A stretch of DNA of 34,874 nucleotides, taken from Thermostichus sp. DRC_bins_24 (GTDB lineage: Bacteria; Cyanobacteriota; Cyanobacteriia; Thermostichales; Thermostichaceae). The position numbers and the translations under genes were made by a program. The notes beneath the pieces were generated by a model. It worked only from the letters and a program-made list of their open reading frames with translations, was not told where the DNA came from and ran no database searches. Below are positions 1 to 12,782 of the stretch, in pieces; position 1 is the first letter of the stretch, and each line of letters opens with the position of its first letter. The stretch covers positions 1,984-36,857 of the forward strand of contig JAUQVK010000092.1 of NCBI GenBank assembly GCA_039794845.1, in the 5' to 3' direction.

Positions 1-2
1 AA

Positions 3-1247
3 ATTCAGCAGCGTACCCACCAACTGCAACGGTCTCTGCAATTTGAATCTCTTCTCAAACGCATTACCGATCGTGTACGCGACTCTCTTGATGAAGCTGA
101 AATCCTTAGCAGTGCTGTGCAGGAGCTGGGAGAACACTTAAATGTGGATGGCTGCGACATTGGCCTCTACAATGCCGACCACACGGTCTCGACCATCACC
201 TACGAGTATTGTCTGCAGATGGAATCGGCCCTCTATTCTTCTGTTGCAATGGTGGGGGGCGACTACGACGATCACTATCGGCAATTGCTGCGGGGGCAGT
301 CTTGCTTGTTTTGCTTCACTGCCCCGAGTCCGGTGCGTCCCGAAAAAGATCACAGTGTTGTATTTGCTTGCCCCCTCACCGACAAAGAGCAAACCCTGGG
401 GGATCTGTGGGTGTTCCGCCGCTCAGGAGAGTGTTTCGACGAGCAGGAACTGCGCCTGCTCCATCAGGTGGCCAACCAATGTGCCATCGGCCTACGGCAA
501 GCCCGCCTGTTTCGGGCCACCCAACAACAGGTACTGGCCCTAGAGCGCCTAAACCACTTAAAAGATGACTTTATCAGCACCGTCAGCCACGAGTTGCGCA
601 CCCCCCTCACCAGCCTGAGGGTAGCCTTGCAGATGTTGCAGGTGACCCCACCCGGCGAAAAACAGGCACAATACTTGGCCATCGCCCAGCGGGAATGTCG
701 CCGCGAAATTGAGCTGATCAATGACCTCTTAGACCTGCAGCGGCTGGAGGCCGGGGCCTATGTGCTGAATATCCACACCCTGACTTGGGAGACCCTGCTG
801 GAAGATCTCCTCTCCATGACTCGCGAACAAACGGAGTCGCGGGGGCAACACTTTTATGCCAGCGTGCCTTTGGAGCACTCCATCACCACGGACCCGGTTC
901 TCTTGGGGCGCATCCTACGCGAACTGCTCTACAACGCCGTGAAATATACCCCCACCCAGGGATCCATCCAGTTGCAGGTAGAGCCCAACAACGAACAAAC
1001 CTGCCTGCGGGTGAGCAACAGCCAGGCCATTCCCCCGGAAGAGTTGCCCCGCATTTTTGAACGCTTTTACCGCATCGGCAGCGGTAACCCCTGGAGGGAG
1101 GGCGGCACCGGTTTGGGGCTGGCGCTGGTGAAACAAATGGTGGATCGCCTAGAGGGATCCCTGCAGGTAACCAGCGAGAACGGTTGGACCACCTTTACCC
1201 TGTGGCTCCCACAGTTGCAGGCAGCAGAAGCCTTGCCGCAAAGCTAG
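3..1247 (+). CDS. GAF-HisKA-HATPase sensor histidine kinase (5' partial)
   Basis: Frame is open from base 3 (IQQRTHQLQRSLQFESLLKRITDRVRDSLDEAEIL..), so the true start is upstream of the window. GAF-like segment, H-box SHELRTPL, N-box ELLYNAVKYT, F/G2 boxes IFERFYR..GGTGLGL. Confidence 0.9.
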   Translation: MQQRTHQLQRSLQFESLLKRITDRVRDSLDEAEILSSAVQELGEHLNVDGCDIGLYNADHTVSTITYEYCLQMESALYSSVAMVGGDYDDHYRQLLRGQSCLFCFTAPSPVRPEKDHSVVFACPLTDKEQTLGDLWVFRRSGECFDEQELRLLHQVANQCAIGLRQARLFRATQQQVLALERLNHLKDDFISTVSHELRTPLTSLRVALQMLQVTPPGEKQAQYLAIAQRECRREIELINDLLDLQRLEAGAYVLNIHTLTWETLLEDLLSMTREQTESRGQHFYASVPLEHSITTDPVLLGRILRELLYNAVKYTPTQGSIQLQVEPNNEQTCLRVSNSQAIPPEELPRIFERFYRIGSGNPWREGGTGLGLALVKQMVDRLEGSLQVTSENGWTTFTLWLPQLQAAEALPQS

Positions 1248-3061
1248 GCGCGTCCATGGTGCATGGCGGTTACCCCCGTCGGATCCAGCACCTTGCCCCG
1301 TTCCGCCTCAGCGTAGATGACATAGCGATCGCCACAGTCCATCCAGTTTTGTACGCGGCACTCCAGATACGCCAGCGCCTCTTGGAGGATGGGGCAGCCA
1401 TTTTCGGCGGTTACGGTTTCTAGGCCTGCAAAGCGATCTTCGCCGGGGCGTTGGGGCCGTTGAAAGTGCCGTTGCAAGCTGCTTTTGCCCTCCCGCAAAA
1501 TGTTTAACACAAAAGGGGCCTTCACTTGGGTGAGCAGTTCTGCCTCTTGATCTTTGCTCACAGCAAGGGTCAACCCGGGGGGGTTAAAGCTGGCCTGAGC
1601 CACCGCTGAGGTGAGAAATCCACGCCGGATCCCGTCTTGCTGGGCGGTCACCACACACAGGGATCCCACCACTCGGCTCAGGGCCTGCTCGGCACGGTCT
1701 GCCTGGGTTTCACTGCTGGTTTGGCGGGGGACACGGGCTCGCATGGCTTTGCGTAGGGTTTGGGCAAATTGGGATCCCGCCCGTTCGCAGTCCTGCAGCA
1801 CCTCAGGGGTAGGCTTAAATTTGGCCCGGAGTGTCTCAAAGCCCAGGGGAAAGCCCGCATTGAGCAACTTGCTCTCGATAAAGTCCACCGCTTCCCCACT
1901 CCAGCCATAGGAACCAAACACACCCGCCAGTTTGGTGTTGGGAGTGGAAGACAGAACAATGCCCAGCGCCGTTTGGATCTGGACCGGAGCATGGCCCGCC
2001 AGTGTTGGGGATCCGATGATAAACCCCTGACAGCGTTCCAAAATCTGTCCAATCTCCTCTGGAGAGACCCACTCGCAATCTACCCGCTCGACGATCACCC
2101 CCGCTCGTTCCAGTCCCTGTCCAATGGCTGCCGCCATCAAACCGGTATTGCCGTAGGCCGAAGTGAAGAGAAGAGCCACGCGCTGTTCCGTCGCCGGGTG
2201 TTCTTCGCACCAAACCTGATAATCCAACGTCAAGCGGCGCAGACTGTGGCGCACTATGGGGCCGTGGGCGGGGGCGTAGGTGCTGGCGGGAAAGTCAGCC
2301 AATTTGGCCAAAGCGGCCTTCACTTGTGGGGCCTGAAGGCGGTGCAGGCAGTCGAAATAGTAGCGGCGATCCTCGCTCAGGTGTCGCCAGTGCTCATCGA
2401 AGAGGAATTCGTCACAGACGTGAACCCCGAAGAGCTTATCGCTGAAGAGGATCCCAGTAGCGGGGTCGTAGGTACACAGGGCATCGGGGTGGCGCGGGGT
2501 TGGTACGGTGCGAAAACGCAACTCATGTCCCTTCCCTAGGTCGAGGGTTTCCCCGTCTCGGATCACCCGCAGGCGAAAGGACTGGTCGCCGTTGTAGGTA
2601 ATACCCAGGTCTGCAGCTTCCTCCTCATCCCGAGCCGGCAAACTGGGCAAGGGATCCGTCTCAAACGCCGCCCGCAGCGTGATCGCCCCCGGTTTAGAAC
2701 AGAGCACCACCGCATAGGGGGCCAAGGGCAACAGGGCCTTGAGGGTAGCGATGCGGTTGAAGTTGACATGGCTAAGCAAAATAAACTGCAGCCGTTGCAG
2801 ATAGTGGTGTTGCGCCAACTCCTCCAAAAAAATATCGGTGAAGGATTCCCCCGGTGGGTCGATCAGGATTGCCTGATCCGCCTGAATCAGGTAGCTGTTG
2901 GCGGTGGTGCCCCGTTGGCGGGCGTACTCGATCTCAAACTTCAGGCGATCCCAGGTGCGGGAGCGCAAAGCCAGGGTTGATGGGCCAATCGAGGCAACCT
3001 GGACATCGCGGGACGGGGTCTTGCTCTCCATTGCAGCCTCCGGCGTGGCATCTTCCCTCAC
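1244..3061 (-). CDS. flv1: Flavodiiron protein (metallo-beta-lactamase + flavodoxin + flavin reductase domains), Flv1/Flv2-type
   Basis: RTWDRLKFEIEY..GTTANSYLI; non-canonical metal motif SHVNFNR; flavodoxin SAYGNT and FGSYGWSGEA; C-terminal flavin reductase QASFNPPG. Start may be the ATG at 3031. Confidence 0.85.
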   Translation of the reverse strand: MREDATPEAAMESKTPSRDVQVASIGPSTLALRSRTWDRLKFEIEYARQRGTTANSYLIQADQAILIDPPGESFTDIFLEELAQHHYLQRLQFILLSHVNFNRIATLKALLPLAPYAVVLCSKPGAITLRAAFETDPLPSLPARDEEEAADLGITYNGDQSFRLRVIRDGETLDLGKGHELRFRTVPTPRHPDALCTYDPATGILFSDKLFGVHVCDEFLFDEHWRHLSEDRRYYFDCLHRLQAPQVKAALAKLADFPASTYAPAHGPIVRHSLRRLTLDYQVWCEEHPATEQRVALLFTSAYGNTGLMAAAIGQGLERAGVIVERVDCEWVSPEEIGQILERCQGFIIGSPTLAGHAPVQIQTALGIVLSSTPNTKLAGVFGSYGWSGEAVDFIESKLLNAGFPLGFETLRAKFKPTPEVLQDCERAGSQFAQTLRKAMRARVPRQTSSETQADRAEQALSRVVGSLCVVTAQQDGIRRGFLTSAVAQASFNPPGLTLAVSKDQEAELLTQVKAPFVLNILREGKSSLQRHFQRPQRPGEDRFAGLETVTAENGCPILQEALAYLECRVQNWMDCGDRYVIYAEAERGKVLDPTGVTAMHHGRA

Positions 3062-3260
3062 CTTGCCACGAAATTCCGACGACCGGGATCAAGACTTTTT
3101 GATGGGGTTTATCGGCTTTTTAATGGGGTTGGTGGCCGCACCACCATCCGGTCGGCGGAGCGCCGCGACGAGTCTCGGTAGTGCCTGCCAGCTGTCCATC
3201 ACTCTGGAGGGGGATCCGTAGGCTGGCGTACAATTTGGCAAGAATCCTTGAGTAGCCCCA

Positions 3261-6080
3261 ATGATCCCAGCTGCTGGATCCTCTGCTTCTTCAGCCCCTG
3301 CCTGGCACACCCTTACTCTGGCCGTCACCGCTCAGAAGCTTCAGACGGATCCCGATCGCGGTCTGACCGCTCAGCAGGTGGCCCAACGGCAGCAGGAATA
3401 CGGCCCCAACGAGTTGATCGCCACGTCTGGGCGTAGTCGCTGGCAGGTGTTGCTCGACCAATTCAGCAACATCATGTTGCTCATGTTGATCGCGGTGGCG
3501 GCGATCTCGGCGGTTTTGGCCCTGGAAGAAGGGGAGTTCCCCAAAGATGCCTTGGCGATTTTACTCATCGTCGGCCTCAATGGCGGCTTGGGCTACCTGC
3601 AGGAAAGTCGGGCGGAAAAGGCGCTGGCGGCCCTGAAGAAATTGGCCTCCCCCACGGTGCGGGTGGAGCGAGAGGGCCTCTGGCGGGAGATCCCCGCCAG
3701 TCAGTTGGTGCCCGGGGATCGGGTACTGCTGGAGGCAGGGGTGCAGATCCCGGCGGATGGACGCTTGGCAGAAGCGGTGAACCTGCAGGTGCGGGAGGCG
3801 GCCCTGACCGGAGAAGCAGTCTCGGTGGTGAAGCAGGCGGATTGTGTGCTCCCGTTAGAAACCGAGCTGGGGGAGCGGCGCAATATGGCCTTCATGGGTA
3901 CAGAGGTGATGCAGGGACGCGGGATCCTCTTGGTCACCGGCACGGGCATGCGCACAGAACTGGGCAAGGTGGCAGCGCTGCTGCAATCGGTGGAGAGTGA
4001 GCCCACGCCGCTGCAACGGCGCATGAACCAACTGGGCAATGTGTTGGTGTTTGGCTCATTGGCCTTGGTGGCTGTGGTGGTGGTGGTGGGGCTGCTCCAG
4101 GCGGGGAATATGGCCCCCTTTACCTCGCTGCTGGAGACCTCTTTAAGTATGGCGGTGGCGGTGGTGCCGGAGGGGCTGCCTGCTGTGATCACCGTAACCT
4201 TGGCCATTGGCACCCAACGCATGGTGCGGCGTCATGCCCTAATTCGGCGCTTGCCCGCTGTAGAAACCCTGGGATCCGTGACCACCATCTGCTCTGATAA
4301 AACCGGCACCCTCACGGAAAACAAAATGGTGGTGACCGATATCGTGACGGCCAGCCATCATTACTACGTCACCGGCACAGGCTACATCCCCCAGGGATCC
4401 TTTTACTGTGGGGGCGAAGCGATCGATCCCCAAGGATCCCCCGATTTGCTGGCGGTGCTGCGGGCGGCGGTGTTCTGTAATGATGCCCTGTTGCAAGCCA
4501 ATATCCAGCCGGTGGGGGTGCGCAATCCCCGCTCTGGGGTGTCCTCCGCCCCCCCTACCCCCACTTGGTCCATTCTCGGGGATCCCACCGAAGCGGCTCT
4601 GCTGGTAGCCGCCGCCAAGGCAAACCTACACAAAGCCTCCTTGCAAGAGCCCTGCCCGCGGGTACAGGAGCTACCCTTCAGCTCAGAACGCAAGCGCATG
4701 AGTGTGGTCATCCAAGAGAATGGCGGCTACCGCGTCTATACCAAGGGATCCCCGGAGTTGGTGCTGGAGCGGTGTGATCGCATTCAAAATGCCGAGGGTT
4801 GGCACCGGCTTTCGGAGGAGGTTCGTCAGGATATTCTCAACACCAACGACCAAATGGCCGCCCAAGGCACACGGGTTTTGGGGGTGGCCACCCTAGAGCT
4901 GGAGCGGATCCCAGTCAACCTGGAGGAGGTGGAGCAAAACCTGATCTGGCTCGGGTTGGTGGGCATGCACGATGCCCCCCGGCCGGAAGCACGTGAGGCG
5001 GTGGCCCGCTGTCACGAGGCCGGGATCCGCACCCTGATGATCACTGGCGACCACCAACTGACTGCCGTGGCTATTGCCCGCGATCTGGGCATTATCGGGC
5101 CAGAAGATCGGGCGGTGGAGGGGCGTACCCTCTCCCACATGGATCCCGATGAGCTGCTGCGCACGGTGCAAACCGTCAATGTCTACGCACGGGTGGCTCC
5201 CGAACACAAGCTGCGCATCGTACAGGCCCTGCAAAAGCAACACCAATTTGTGGCCATGACCGGTGATGGGGTTAATGATGCCCCCGCTCTCAGGCAGGCG
5301 GATATCGGCATTGCCATGGGCATCACGGGCACGGATGTGAGCAAAGAGGCCAGCGACATGGTCTTGCTGGATGACAATTTCGCCACCATCGTTGCCGCCA
5401 TTGAAGAAGGGCGAGTTGTTTACAACAATATCCGCCGCTTCGTGAAATACATTTTGGGCAGCAACATCGGCGAGGTGCTCACGGTCGCTGCCGCCCCGAT
5501 TTTGGGGTTGGGGGATGTGCCCCTTTCGCCGCTGCAAATTCTGTGGATGAACCTGGTGACCGATGGCTTGCCCGCTTTGGCTTTGGCCCTAGAACCCGCC
5601 GAGCCAGGGGTGATGCAGCGGCCGCCGTTCAACCCGAGGGAGAGCATCTTTGCCCGCGGACTAGGGGCCTACATGGTGCGCATCGGTATTGTCTTTGCCA
5701 TCACCACGATCATCATGATGGTGATTGTGGAGAACTACATTCCCCATTGGCGCACGATGGTGTTTACTACGTTGTGTGTGGCTCAAATGGGCCATGCCGT
5801 GGCGGTGCGTTCCAACAACAAGTTGATCATTGAGACCAACCCGTTTTCCAACCCTTACCTTTTTTGGGCGGTACTGGCCACGCTTCTACTGCAATTTGCT
5901 TTGCTCTACGTGCCCTTCCTACGCGGCTTCTTCGGCACTGAAGAATTGACCCGCAGCGAACTTTGGATCTGCCTGGGCTTCAGCACCCTGGTCATGATGT
6001 GGGTGGAACTGGAAAAGCTTTACTCCCGTTGGCGCAAGGGATCCCAGCCCCCACAATCAGAACCTGTTCCCACAACCTAA
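3261..6080 (+). CDS. Cation-transporting P-type ATPase (P2A, Ca2+/PacL-like)
   Basis: LTGEA, VPEGL, phosphorylation motif [39 protein letters not shown]. Confidence 0.95.
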   Translation: MIPAAGSSASSAPAWHTLTLAVTAQKLQTDPDRGLTAQQVAQRQQEYGPNELIATSGRSRWQVLLDQFSNIMLLMLIAVAAISAVLALEEGEFPKDALAILLIVGLNGGLGYLQESRAEKALAALKKLASPTVRVEREGLWREIPASQLVPGDRVLLEAGVQIPADGRLAEAVNLQVREAALTGEAVSVVKQADCVLPLETELGERRNMAFMGTEVMQGRGILLVTGTGMRTELGKVAALLQSVESEPTPLQRRMNQLGNVLVFGSLALVAVVVVVGLLQAGNMAPFTSLLETSLSMAVAVVPEGLPAVITVTLAIGTQRMVRRHALIRRLPAVETLGSVTTICSDKTGTLTENKMVVTDIVTASHHYYVTGTGYIPQGSFYCGGEAIDPQGSPDLLAVLRAAVFCNDALLQANIQPVGVRNPRSGVSSAPPTPTWSILGDPTEAALLVAAAKANLHKASLQEPCPRVQELPFSSERKRMSVVIQENGGYRVYTKGSPELVLERCDRIQNAEGWHRLSEEVRQDILNTNDQMAAQGTRVLGVATLELERIPVNLEEVEQNLIWLGLVGMHDAPRPEAREAVARCHEAGIRTLMITGDHQLTAVAIARDLGIIGPEDRAVEGRTLSHMDPDELLRTVQTVNVYARVAPEHKLRIVQALQKQHQFVAMTGDGVNDAPALRQADIGIAMGITGTDVSKEASDMVLLDDNFATIVAAIEEGRVVYNNIRRFVKYILGSNIGEVLTVAAAPILGLGDVPLSPLQILWMNLVTDGLPALALALEPAEPGVMQRPPFNPRESIFARGLGAYMVRIGIVFAITTIIMMVIVENYIPHWRTMVFTTLCVAQMGHAVAVRSNNKLIIETNPFSNPYLFWAVLATLLLQFALLYVPFLRGFFGTEELTRSELWICLGFSTLVMMWVELEKLYSRWRKGSQPPQSEPVPTT

Positions 6081-6243
6081 GCTGGCGCAAAGCCCTTTCA
6101 ACCGGATCCACAGCCTAAGCCTTTGTAAAAAAACATACGCTCGAAAAAAGCAACTCGCTAGGATCAAACCGGGCCATACCGAGGCTATCTCCGTAGGCAC
6201 GCTGGCTAAAGTAAGGTCAACCGGATCTACCGGATGCAGGGGA

Positions 6244-9200
6244 TTGAAGGGGCAGAGTCGTTTTTTTTGCAGTATGTACACCGGGTTTTGGGCAGCGATG
6301 ACGACACTGGGCATGGGTGGGTATGCCGGGATACCCCTCCCTTCGGCCATTTTGAATGCCTGTTGGAATGCCGCTGGCTGGGGTTGGGCTGCCTTCGGGC
6401 TGCTGCTGCTGGTTCACCTGGGCCTGTGGTGGCGACAACGCTTTCTTGTTTTCCAATCAGCCAACCCCACGACCCATCCCGATGCCCGCTTTCGGGCTGC
6501 CATTGAAGCCAGCTTGGATGCCATTTATCTACTGGAAGCGGTACGGGATCCCCAAAGTCGAGAGATTCTCGATTTTGTCTTCGTGGATTTGAACCCGAAA
6601 GGGGCAGAGCTGGTTTCCCTCACCCGCGAGGAAATCATTGGCCAACGCCTGTGCGAACTGCTGCCGATCAACCGCACCGGCGGCTTTTTTGAAAAATACA
6701 AACGGGTAGTGGAAACTCAAACCAGCTTGGAAGAAGAGTTTCCCATTTCCGGCCAGCCGGGGTTGGTGGCCAACTGGCTACACCATCAGGTGGTACCGAT
6801 CGGGGATGGCATTTTGATCACCAGCAGCGATATTAGCGAGCGCAAGCGCAATGAACTGTTGCTGAAAGAGCAGCAAACCCAGTACCAAGCCATGTGGGAA
6901 GCGATTCCCGATTTGATGGCACGGGTCAGTCGGGAAGGGGTCTACCTCAGTTACTCCCACACCACCGCCTTTAACGATCTGGTACCCAGCAATGTGGATC
7001 CGATTGGGAAAACCATCTTTACCTATCTACCCCAGGAGGTGGCCCAAAAGCAGTGGGAGGGGATCCAAGCTGCTTTGAATACCGGTGAATTGCAACGCTA
7101 CGAACAACAGGTTGCCGTCGGTGATCGCATCCAATATGAAGAAGTGCGCATTGTCCCCAGTGGCCCCGATGAAGCCCTGATCATTGTGCGGGATATGACC
7201 GAGCGGGTCAGGATTGAGCAAGCCTTGCGGGAGAGCGAACTGCGCTATCGCACCCTCTACGAAGCCGTTCCCGACATGATCCTGGAGGTGACCCAGACGG
7301 GGTTAATCCTCAGCTGCAAACCCCCGCGAGATTTCTCCACCCGCTATCCCCCCGAGTATTACGTCGGTCGCTACGGACAAGAGCTTTTTGCCCCTGCCCG
7401 TGTGGAGCAATACCAAGCAGTGATCGACCGCGCCTTGAGGAGCCAAACCATTCAGTACCTGGAGTACGAAACGGATCTTCAACCCGGGATCCCCGAATAT
7501 CGTGAGGCCTGCGTGGTACCCCAAGGCGAGGATAAGGTTTACATCTTGGTGCGGGACATTACCGAGCGCAAGCAGGCGGAACTGGCCCTAAAGGAAATTG
7601 AAAATACCCAACGGGCGATTCTGGAGTCCATCCCCGACCTAATCTTGCGTTTTGATCGGCAGGGCACCTGTTTGAGTTTTATCTCCGGTGGCGATGTGCA
7701 TCTGTACAACTCCGCCGAGAACCATTTGCAACAATCCTTACACAACATTTTGCCCTCGCCTTTGGCGGAACAGCGGCTGTACTTTATTGAGCAGGCCCTT
7801 GCCACCCAAACCCGACAGATCTACGAATACAGCATCGAGGTGGAAGGCAAGTGGCGCCACGAAGAAGCTCGCGTTGTCCCCCTCACCCCCGATGAAGCGA
7901 TGGTGATCGTGCGAGATATTACCGAACGGGTGCAGTCGGAGCAAGCGCTGCGGGAAACCACCGCCCAACTGAAACAGGCCCAGCACATCGCCAAACTGGG
8001 CAATTGGTCTTACGATGTGGCCACCCGAGTCATCACCTGGTCGGACGAATTGTTCCGTCTGTTTGGTATGTCTCCCGGTGAGCCAACCCCCAGCCTTGAA
8101 GAACACCTCCTCCAGATTCATCCCGAAGATCGCCAACTTTGGCTGCAGCATGTTCGGGCCACCCTCGAGCAAGGGATCCCGCAAAGCTACGACTTTCGCA
8201 TTCTGCGTGCCGATGGAGAAGTGCGCTACCTCAGCGCCCGCAGCCAAGCGGAAGTTCAGGATGGGCAGGTGGTGCGGATCTTTGGCACCGCCATCGATAT
8301 TACCGAGAAAAAAGTTGCGGAGTTAGCCCTGCAAGAAAGCGAACAACAATTCCGTGCTCTCTTCGACAACGCCGCCGTTTCCATCATGATTCATGATACC
8401 GAAACCACCGAGATCATCGATGCCAATCCGTGCGCCATCGCCTCCTATGGGTTGTCCAGCCTAGAAGAATTGCAAGCCTACGATATCTTCGATGCGCCTC
8501 CCTACAGCCATGAAGATGTGCTGCCCTACGTCGAGGAGGTGCGCCAAACGGGTTCGGTACGGTTTGAGTGGCGCTCACGGCGGCGGGATGGCCAGATCTT
8601 CTGGGAAGACGTGTTTGTGCAATCGGTATCGCTGCGGGGGATCCCACGCTTCGTCTCTACGTCCGTGGATATTACCGATCGCAAGCTGGCTCAGGATGAG
8701 CTGGATTACCGTTCCCGCCTGGAGCGGCTGTTGATCGATTTGTCCATGCAGTTCATCAATGCCTCAGAAGCAGCCTTGGATGCCAGCATTCAAGAGGTGC
8801 TCAGTCGGGTCGGGCAGTTTGTTGGAGCGGATCGGGCCTATTTAATTGTCTACGACCCTGACCAGAACCACTTTCGCAATACCCATGAGTGGTGCGCGGA
8901 GGAGATAGCGCCGCAAATCCATAACCTTCAGGGGATCCCTCGAGATCTCAGTCCAGAATTGCTCACAGCCCATGCGCAGGGCCAGCCCTTTGCCCTCGAC
9001 TCCCTAGAAGCTTTGCCTGAGCAAAGCTCCCTACGACAACACCTGGAGCTGCAGCAGATTCGATCTTTGGTAACGATCCCCCTCAATTATGGTCAAGAGT
9101 ACTTGGGCTTTGTCGGGTTTGATGCGGTGCGCCAATCTCGACAGTGGAAACCCAGCGATATTACCCTGCTGCAAATCTTGGCGGAACTCTTGGTAAATGC

Positions 9201-11289
9201 CCACCTGAAGCAGCGCAACGAGGCCCGCATCCGCGAAGCCCAAGCCCAACTGCAAGCCTCAACCCTGCTGGCCCAGCAAATGGCCGAAGCCGCCGAAGCC
9301 GCCAACCGTGCCAAGAGCGAATTTTTGGCCACCATGAGCCACGAGATCCGCACCCCCATGAATGCGGTGATCGGCATGACCGGTTTGTTGTTGGATACGG
9401 AGCTGGATGAGCAACAGCGCGACTTTGTGCAAACGATTCGCCACGGCGGCGAGGTACTGCTCAGCCTGATCAACGATATTCTCGATCTCTCCAAAATTGA
9501 GTCCCAGCGACTGGAACTGGAAGCGGCCCCCTTCTCGCTGCGGCAGATGGTGGAAGATCTGCTGGATTTGATGGCGATTCAAGCCCGAGACAAAGCCATC
9601 GAACTGGCTGTCCTGGTCGAACCCTCCCTGCCCGATACCCTGATCGGCGACTCGGGCCGTTTGCGCCAGATCTTGGCCAACCTGATCAGCAATGCCATTA
9701 AGTTCACCCCCGCCGGAGAAGTCGTTCTCACGATTCAGCCGGGCCCCTGGGATCCGACATCGCGCCAGCAAGAGCTGTGTTTCCAAGTGCGGGATACGGG
9801 CATTGGCATCCCCCCCGAAAAATGGGATCGCCTCTTCAAACCCTTTAGCCAGGTGGATGGATCCATCAGTCGGCAATACGGTGGTACCGGGTTGGGTTTG
9901 GCAATCAGCCAGCGACTCTGTCAACGGATGGGGGGAGAAATCACCGTTGTCAGCGAGCCGGGGGTAGGCTCCACCTTTGGCTTTCGGCTCCCCTTTGAGG
10001 TGACCGATACCCCTCTGCCACAGCCTCAGTTGAACCTGGAAGGGAAGCGGGTGCTGGTGGTGGATGACAATGCCACCAATCGACACATTTTGACCCTGCA
10101 GATACAAGCCTGGGGCATGGACGTGGTCACCTGTGCCTCGCCCGCAGAAGCCCTGACCCTAGACAATCACCCCTTTGATCTGGCCATTCTCGACTACCAA
10201 ATGCCAGAAATGGATGGCCTCACCCTGGCAGCCGCCCTGCGAGCAGGGGATCCCCAACTGAGCCTGATTTTGCTCACCTCCCGCGACCAGCACGGCACCA
10301 GCCAAAACCCTGCCATCTCTGCCTGCCTGACCAAGCCGGTAAAAGCCTCGCAGTTGCGCACCCTGATACAGCAGATTTTGGGCCGTGACCGGGATGTGGA
10401 ATCCGCCTATTGGCAAAGCCACAAAACCTTTGGCAGGGGCCCCAACTGGGATGTGGAGATGGCCAGCCATTACCCACTGCGGATTTTGGTGGCAGAAGAC
10501 AACCCGATTAACCAAAAGGTGACTCGCCTGATGTTGGAGCGGCTCGGCTACCGACCGGATGTGGTTGCCAATGGCTTGGAGGCAATCAAGGCCTTACACC
10601 TGCGCCCTTACGATCTGGTGCTGATGGATATGCAAATGCCGGAGATGGATGGCCTCTCGGCAACCCGACGGATACGCGCCGAACTGCCCCCCGAGCACCA
10701 GCCCCGCATCGTTGCCCTCAGCGCCAATGTGTTATCCGAAAGCCGCGCCGAAGCCGCCGCCGCCGGGGTGGATGATTACCTGACCAAACCGCTGGAGCGG
10801 GCCCCCCTCTTGCAGGTATTACAGGGATCCGTGCCCGCCCCCAGCCCTTTGTTGCTCAGCGCCGGATCGGCGGATTTGTCAACGGAGGAGGCTCCTGCAC
10901 CGGCCATTGATGCCCTCACCTTCAACGCCCTAAAGGCTGTGATTAGCACCGCAGATCAAGCGATTTTGCAGGAGATGATCCGCACCTATTTGCAGGATGG
11001 CCAAACCCAGTTGGCCTCCCTGCAAACGGCCCTCACCCAACGGGATCCCCAAGCCTTGTTCCAGTTGGCGCATCGCTTCAAAGGCAGCAGCAGCACCTTT
11101 GGTGCCAAAGGTTTGGCCCAGCTTTGTCAACAGCTGGAAGCCCTGACCCGGGCAGACCCGATAGACTGGATTGATATGCAGGCTGTGTTGAACCAGTTGG
11201 CAGTTGAGTACGAGCGGGTTGCCCTCAGCCTATCTGCCGAAGCCCAAGATACTCATGGCCATGCCGCCACTCCTTATGCCGACGCTTGA
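6244..11289 (+). CDS. Multi-PAS/GAF hybrid histidine kinase (PAS array-GAF-HisKA-HATPase-REC-REC-Hpt)
   Basis: N-terminal hydrophobic segments; six PAS/PAC ends (D[IM][ST][ED][RK]); [21 protein letters not shown]; two receivers ([21 protein letters not shown]); Hpt AHRFKGSS. Start uncertain (TTG 6244, ATG 6274 or 6298). Confidence 0.93.
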   Translation: MKGQSRFFCSMYTGFWAAMTTLGMGGYAGIPLPSAILNACWNAAGWGWAAFGLLLLVHLGLWWRQRFLVFQSANPTTHPDARFRAAIEASLDAIYLLEAVRDPQSREILDFVFVDLNPKGAELVSLTREEIIGQRLCELLPINRTGGFFEKYKRVVETQTSLEEEFPISGQPGLVANWLHHQVVPIGDGILITSSDISERKRNELLLKEQQTQYQAMWEAIPDLMARVSREGVYLSYSHTTAFNDLVPSNVDPIGKTIFTYLPQEVAQKQWEGIQAALNTGELQRYEQQVAVGDRIQYEEVRIVPSGPDEALIIVRDMTERVRIEQALRESELRYRTLYEAVPDMILEVTQTGLILSCKPPRDFSTRYPPEYYVGRYGQELFAPARVEQYQAVIDRALRSQTIQYLEYETDLQPGIPEYREACVVPQGEDKVYILVRDITERKQAELALKEIENTQRAILESIPDLILRFDRQGTCLSFISGGDVHLYNSAENHLQQSLHNILPSPLAEQRLYFIEQALATQTRQIYEYSIEVEGKWRHEEARVVPLTPDEAMVIVRDITERVQSEQALRETTAQLKQAQHIAKLGNWSYDVATRVITWSDELFRLFGMSPGEPTPSLEEHLLQIHPEDRQLWLQHVRATLEQGIPQSYDFRILRADGEVRYLSARSQAEVQDGQVVRIFGTAIDITEKKVAELALQESEQQFRALFDNAAVSIMIHDTETTEIIDANPCAIASYGLSSLEELQAYDIFDAPPYSHEDVLPYVEEVRQTGSVRFEWRSRRRDGQIFWEDVFVQSVSLRGIPRFVSTSVDITDRKLAQDELDYRSRLERLLIDLSMQFINASEAALDASIQEVLSRVGQFVGADRAYLIVYDPDQNHFRNTHEWCAEEIAPQIHNLQGIPRDLSPELLTAHAQGQPFALDSLEALPEQSSLRQHLELQQIRSLVTIPLNYGQEYLGFVGFDAVRQSRQWKPSDITLLQILAELLVNAHLKQRNEARIREAQAQLQASTLLAQQMAEAAEAANRAKSEFLATMSHEIRTPMNAVIGMTGLLLDTELDEQQRDFVQTIRHGGEVLLSLINDILDLSKIESQRLELEAAPFSLRQMVEDLLDLMAIQARDKAIELAVLVEPSLPDTLIGDSGRLRQILANLISNAIKFTPAGEVVLTIQPGPWDPTSRQQELCFQVRDTGIGIPPEKWDRLFKPFSQVDGSISRQYGGTGLGLAISQRLCQRMGGEITVVSEPGVGSTFGFRLPFEVTDTPLPQPQLNLEGKRVLVVDDNATNRHILTLQIQAWGMDVVTCASPAEALTLDNHPFDLAILDYQMPEMDGLTLAAALRAGDPQLSLILLTSRDQHGTSQNPAISACLTKPVKASQLRTLIQQILGRDRDVESAYWQSHKTFGRGPNWDVEMASHYPLRILVAEDNPINQKVTRLMLERLGYRPDVVANGLEAIKALHLRPYDLVLMDMQMPEMDGLSATRRIRAELPPEHQPRIVALSANVLSESRAEAAAAGVDDYLTKPLERAPLLQVLQGSVPAPSPLLLSAGSADLSTEEAPAPAIDALTFNALKAVISTADQAILQEMIRTYLQDGQTQLASLQTALTQRDPQALFQLAHRFKGSSSTFGAKGLAQLCQQLEALTRADPIDWIDMQAVLNQLAVEYERVALSLSAEAQDTHGHAATPYADA

Positions 11290-12631
11290 ACGCCATCATC
11301 CCCCAGATCCCGCGGAGCACCCTTGGTTTGCCGGCCCAACCGATGTGGATCCCCCTAGGGGGACTGAGCTTGTCTCCCCAGAATCGGATCCCTTGGCCAC
11401 CCCGGCTACGGCGGCTTTGCAGGTGGATCCCAGTTTGCCCGCTGCCCCGCTAGAGCCGATCCCTGCCGAGCCACAACCGCTGTTGCTGGTTGCCGATGAT
11501 GACCCCAACCAGCGGCTCTTGATCCGCCATGTCATGAGCAAAGAGGGCTATGGAGTGATTGAAGCCAGCGATGGGGAAGAGTGTCTACAATCTTTTGCCA
11601 GTCACATCCCCGATATGGTGTTGCTGGATGCCCTTATGCCAGAACTGGATGGCTTTGAGTGTTGCCGCCGCCTGCACGCCCAAAACCCCGAGCTGCCCAT
11701 TCTCATTGTCACCGCCCTCGATGACGAAGCCTCTGTGGCCAAAGCCTTTGCAGCAGGAGCTACCGACTACATTCCCAAGCCGATTTATTGGCCTGTGTTG
11801 AAGCGGCGCATTCGCCATCTGCTCGAGGCCAGCCGGGCCCGCCGTCACCTACAAGAACTGAACCAAGCCCTAGAAGAAAAGGTGCAGGAACGCACCGCCC
11901 AATTGGCCTGCCAAGTGGAAGATCTGCAACACCTCAACCGCCTCAAGGATGACTTTTTGGCCACCATCTCCCACGAGCTGCGCACCCCCCTCACCAAGGT
12001 GGAATTGGCGCTGCAACTGCTGGGCCGCACCCCCCTAAACGAGAAGCAGCAACAATACCAGCGCATTGCCCTGGAAGAATGCCATGTTGAGATCAACTTG
12101 ATCGACAAACTGCTGGACCTGCAACGGTTAGAAGCTGAGGAACTGGCGGCTTCTGTTTCCGCCATTGATCTGCAGAGCCTGTGGGTGGGTTTGCTCGGCC
12201 CGGTGGGAGAACGGGCGCAAGCCCGTCACTTGACGTTACAGGTCGCGGAGCTGCCTGCATCCCCCACCGTCATTCACAGCCATCGGCAGCACCTCACCCA
12301 GATTTTGCAGGAACTGTTGGAAAATGCCTGCAAATTTACCCCGCCGGGGGGAACAATTCGCCTGGAGCTTCATCCGGTTCCAGCAGGGGTTGAAATCAGG
12401 GTCGGGAATACGGCCCAGATCGCGGCTGACCAGTTGCCTCACCTGTTCGACCGCTTTTACCGGGTGCCCTCTGCGGATCCCTGGGCCCAACAGGGAAGTG
12501 GCTTGGGATTGGCTTTGGTGAAGCAGTGGGCGGAGTATCTGCAGGGGCAAATTCGGGTCACCAGCCAGGCGGGATGGACATGGTTTATCCTCAGGCTGCC
12601 GGATCTGGACTTGCCCAACCCTGAGAACTAA
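11255..12631 (+). CDS. REC-HisKA-HATPase hybrid kinase with Pro-rich N-terminal linker
   Basis: [20 protein letters not shown] receiver; [27 protein letters not shown] candidates at 11255, 11261 and 11276 overlap the end of the upstream gene. Confidence 0.9.
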   Translation: MAMPPLLMPTLERHHPPDPAEHPWFAGPTDVDPPRGTELVSPESDPLATPATAALQVDPSLPAAPLEPIPAEPQPLLLVADDDPNQRLLIRHVMSKEGYGVIEASDGEECLQSFASHIPDMVLLDALMPELDGFECCRRLHAQNPELPILIVTALDDEASVAKAFAAGATDYIPKPIYWPVLKRRIRHLLEASRARRHLQELNQALEEKVQERTAQLACQVEDLQHLNRLKDDFLATISHELRTPLTKVELALQLLGRTPLNEKQQQYQRIALEECHVEINLIDKLLDLQRLEAEELAASVSAIDLQSLWVGLLGPVGERAQARHLTLQVAELPASPTVIHSHRQHLTQILQELLENACKFTPPGGTIRLELHPVPAGVEIRVGNTAQIAADQLPHLFDRFYRVPSADPWAQQGSGLGLALVKQWAEYLQGQIRVTSQAGWTWFILRLPDLDLPNPEN

Positions 12632-12782
12632 ATCAACCAAATCAGCGGTAGATCAGCTGCAGGGTGGAGCCGGTGCAGCTGCGGTTGTCGAAAAAAAGGT
12701 GATCTCCGCAGCTCTTCCTTTCCCTCGAGGGTAATCTCTGGAGGGTAATCTTTGTCAGTGTTGGTAACATCACCCTGATCGC

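Noticed and set aside
12632..12782. Inverted repeat CAGCTGCA/TGCAGCTG and direct repeat GAGGGTAATCT between convergent genes
   Set aside because: Short; could be a terminator or chance, with nothing to support an ncRNA call.
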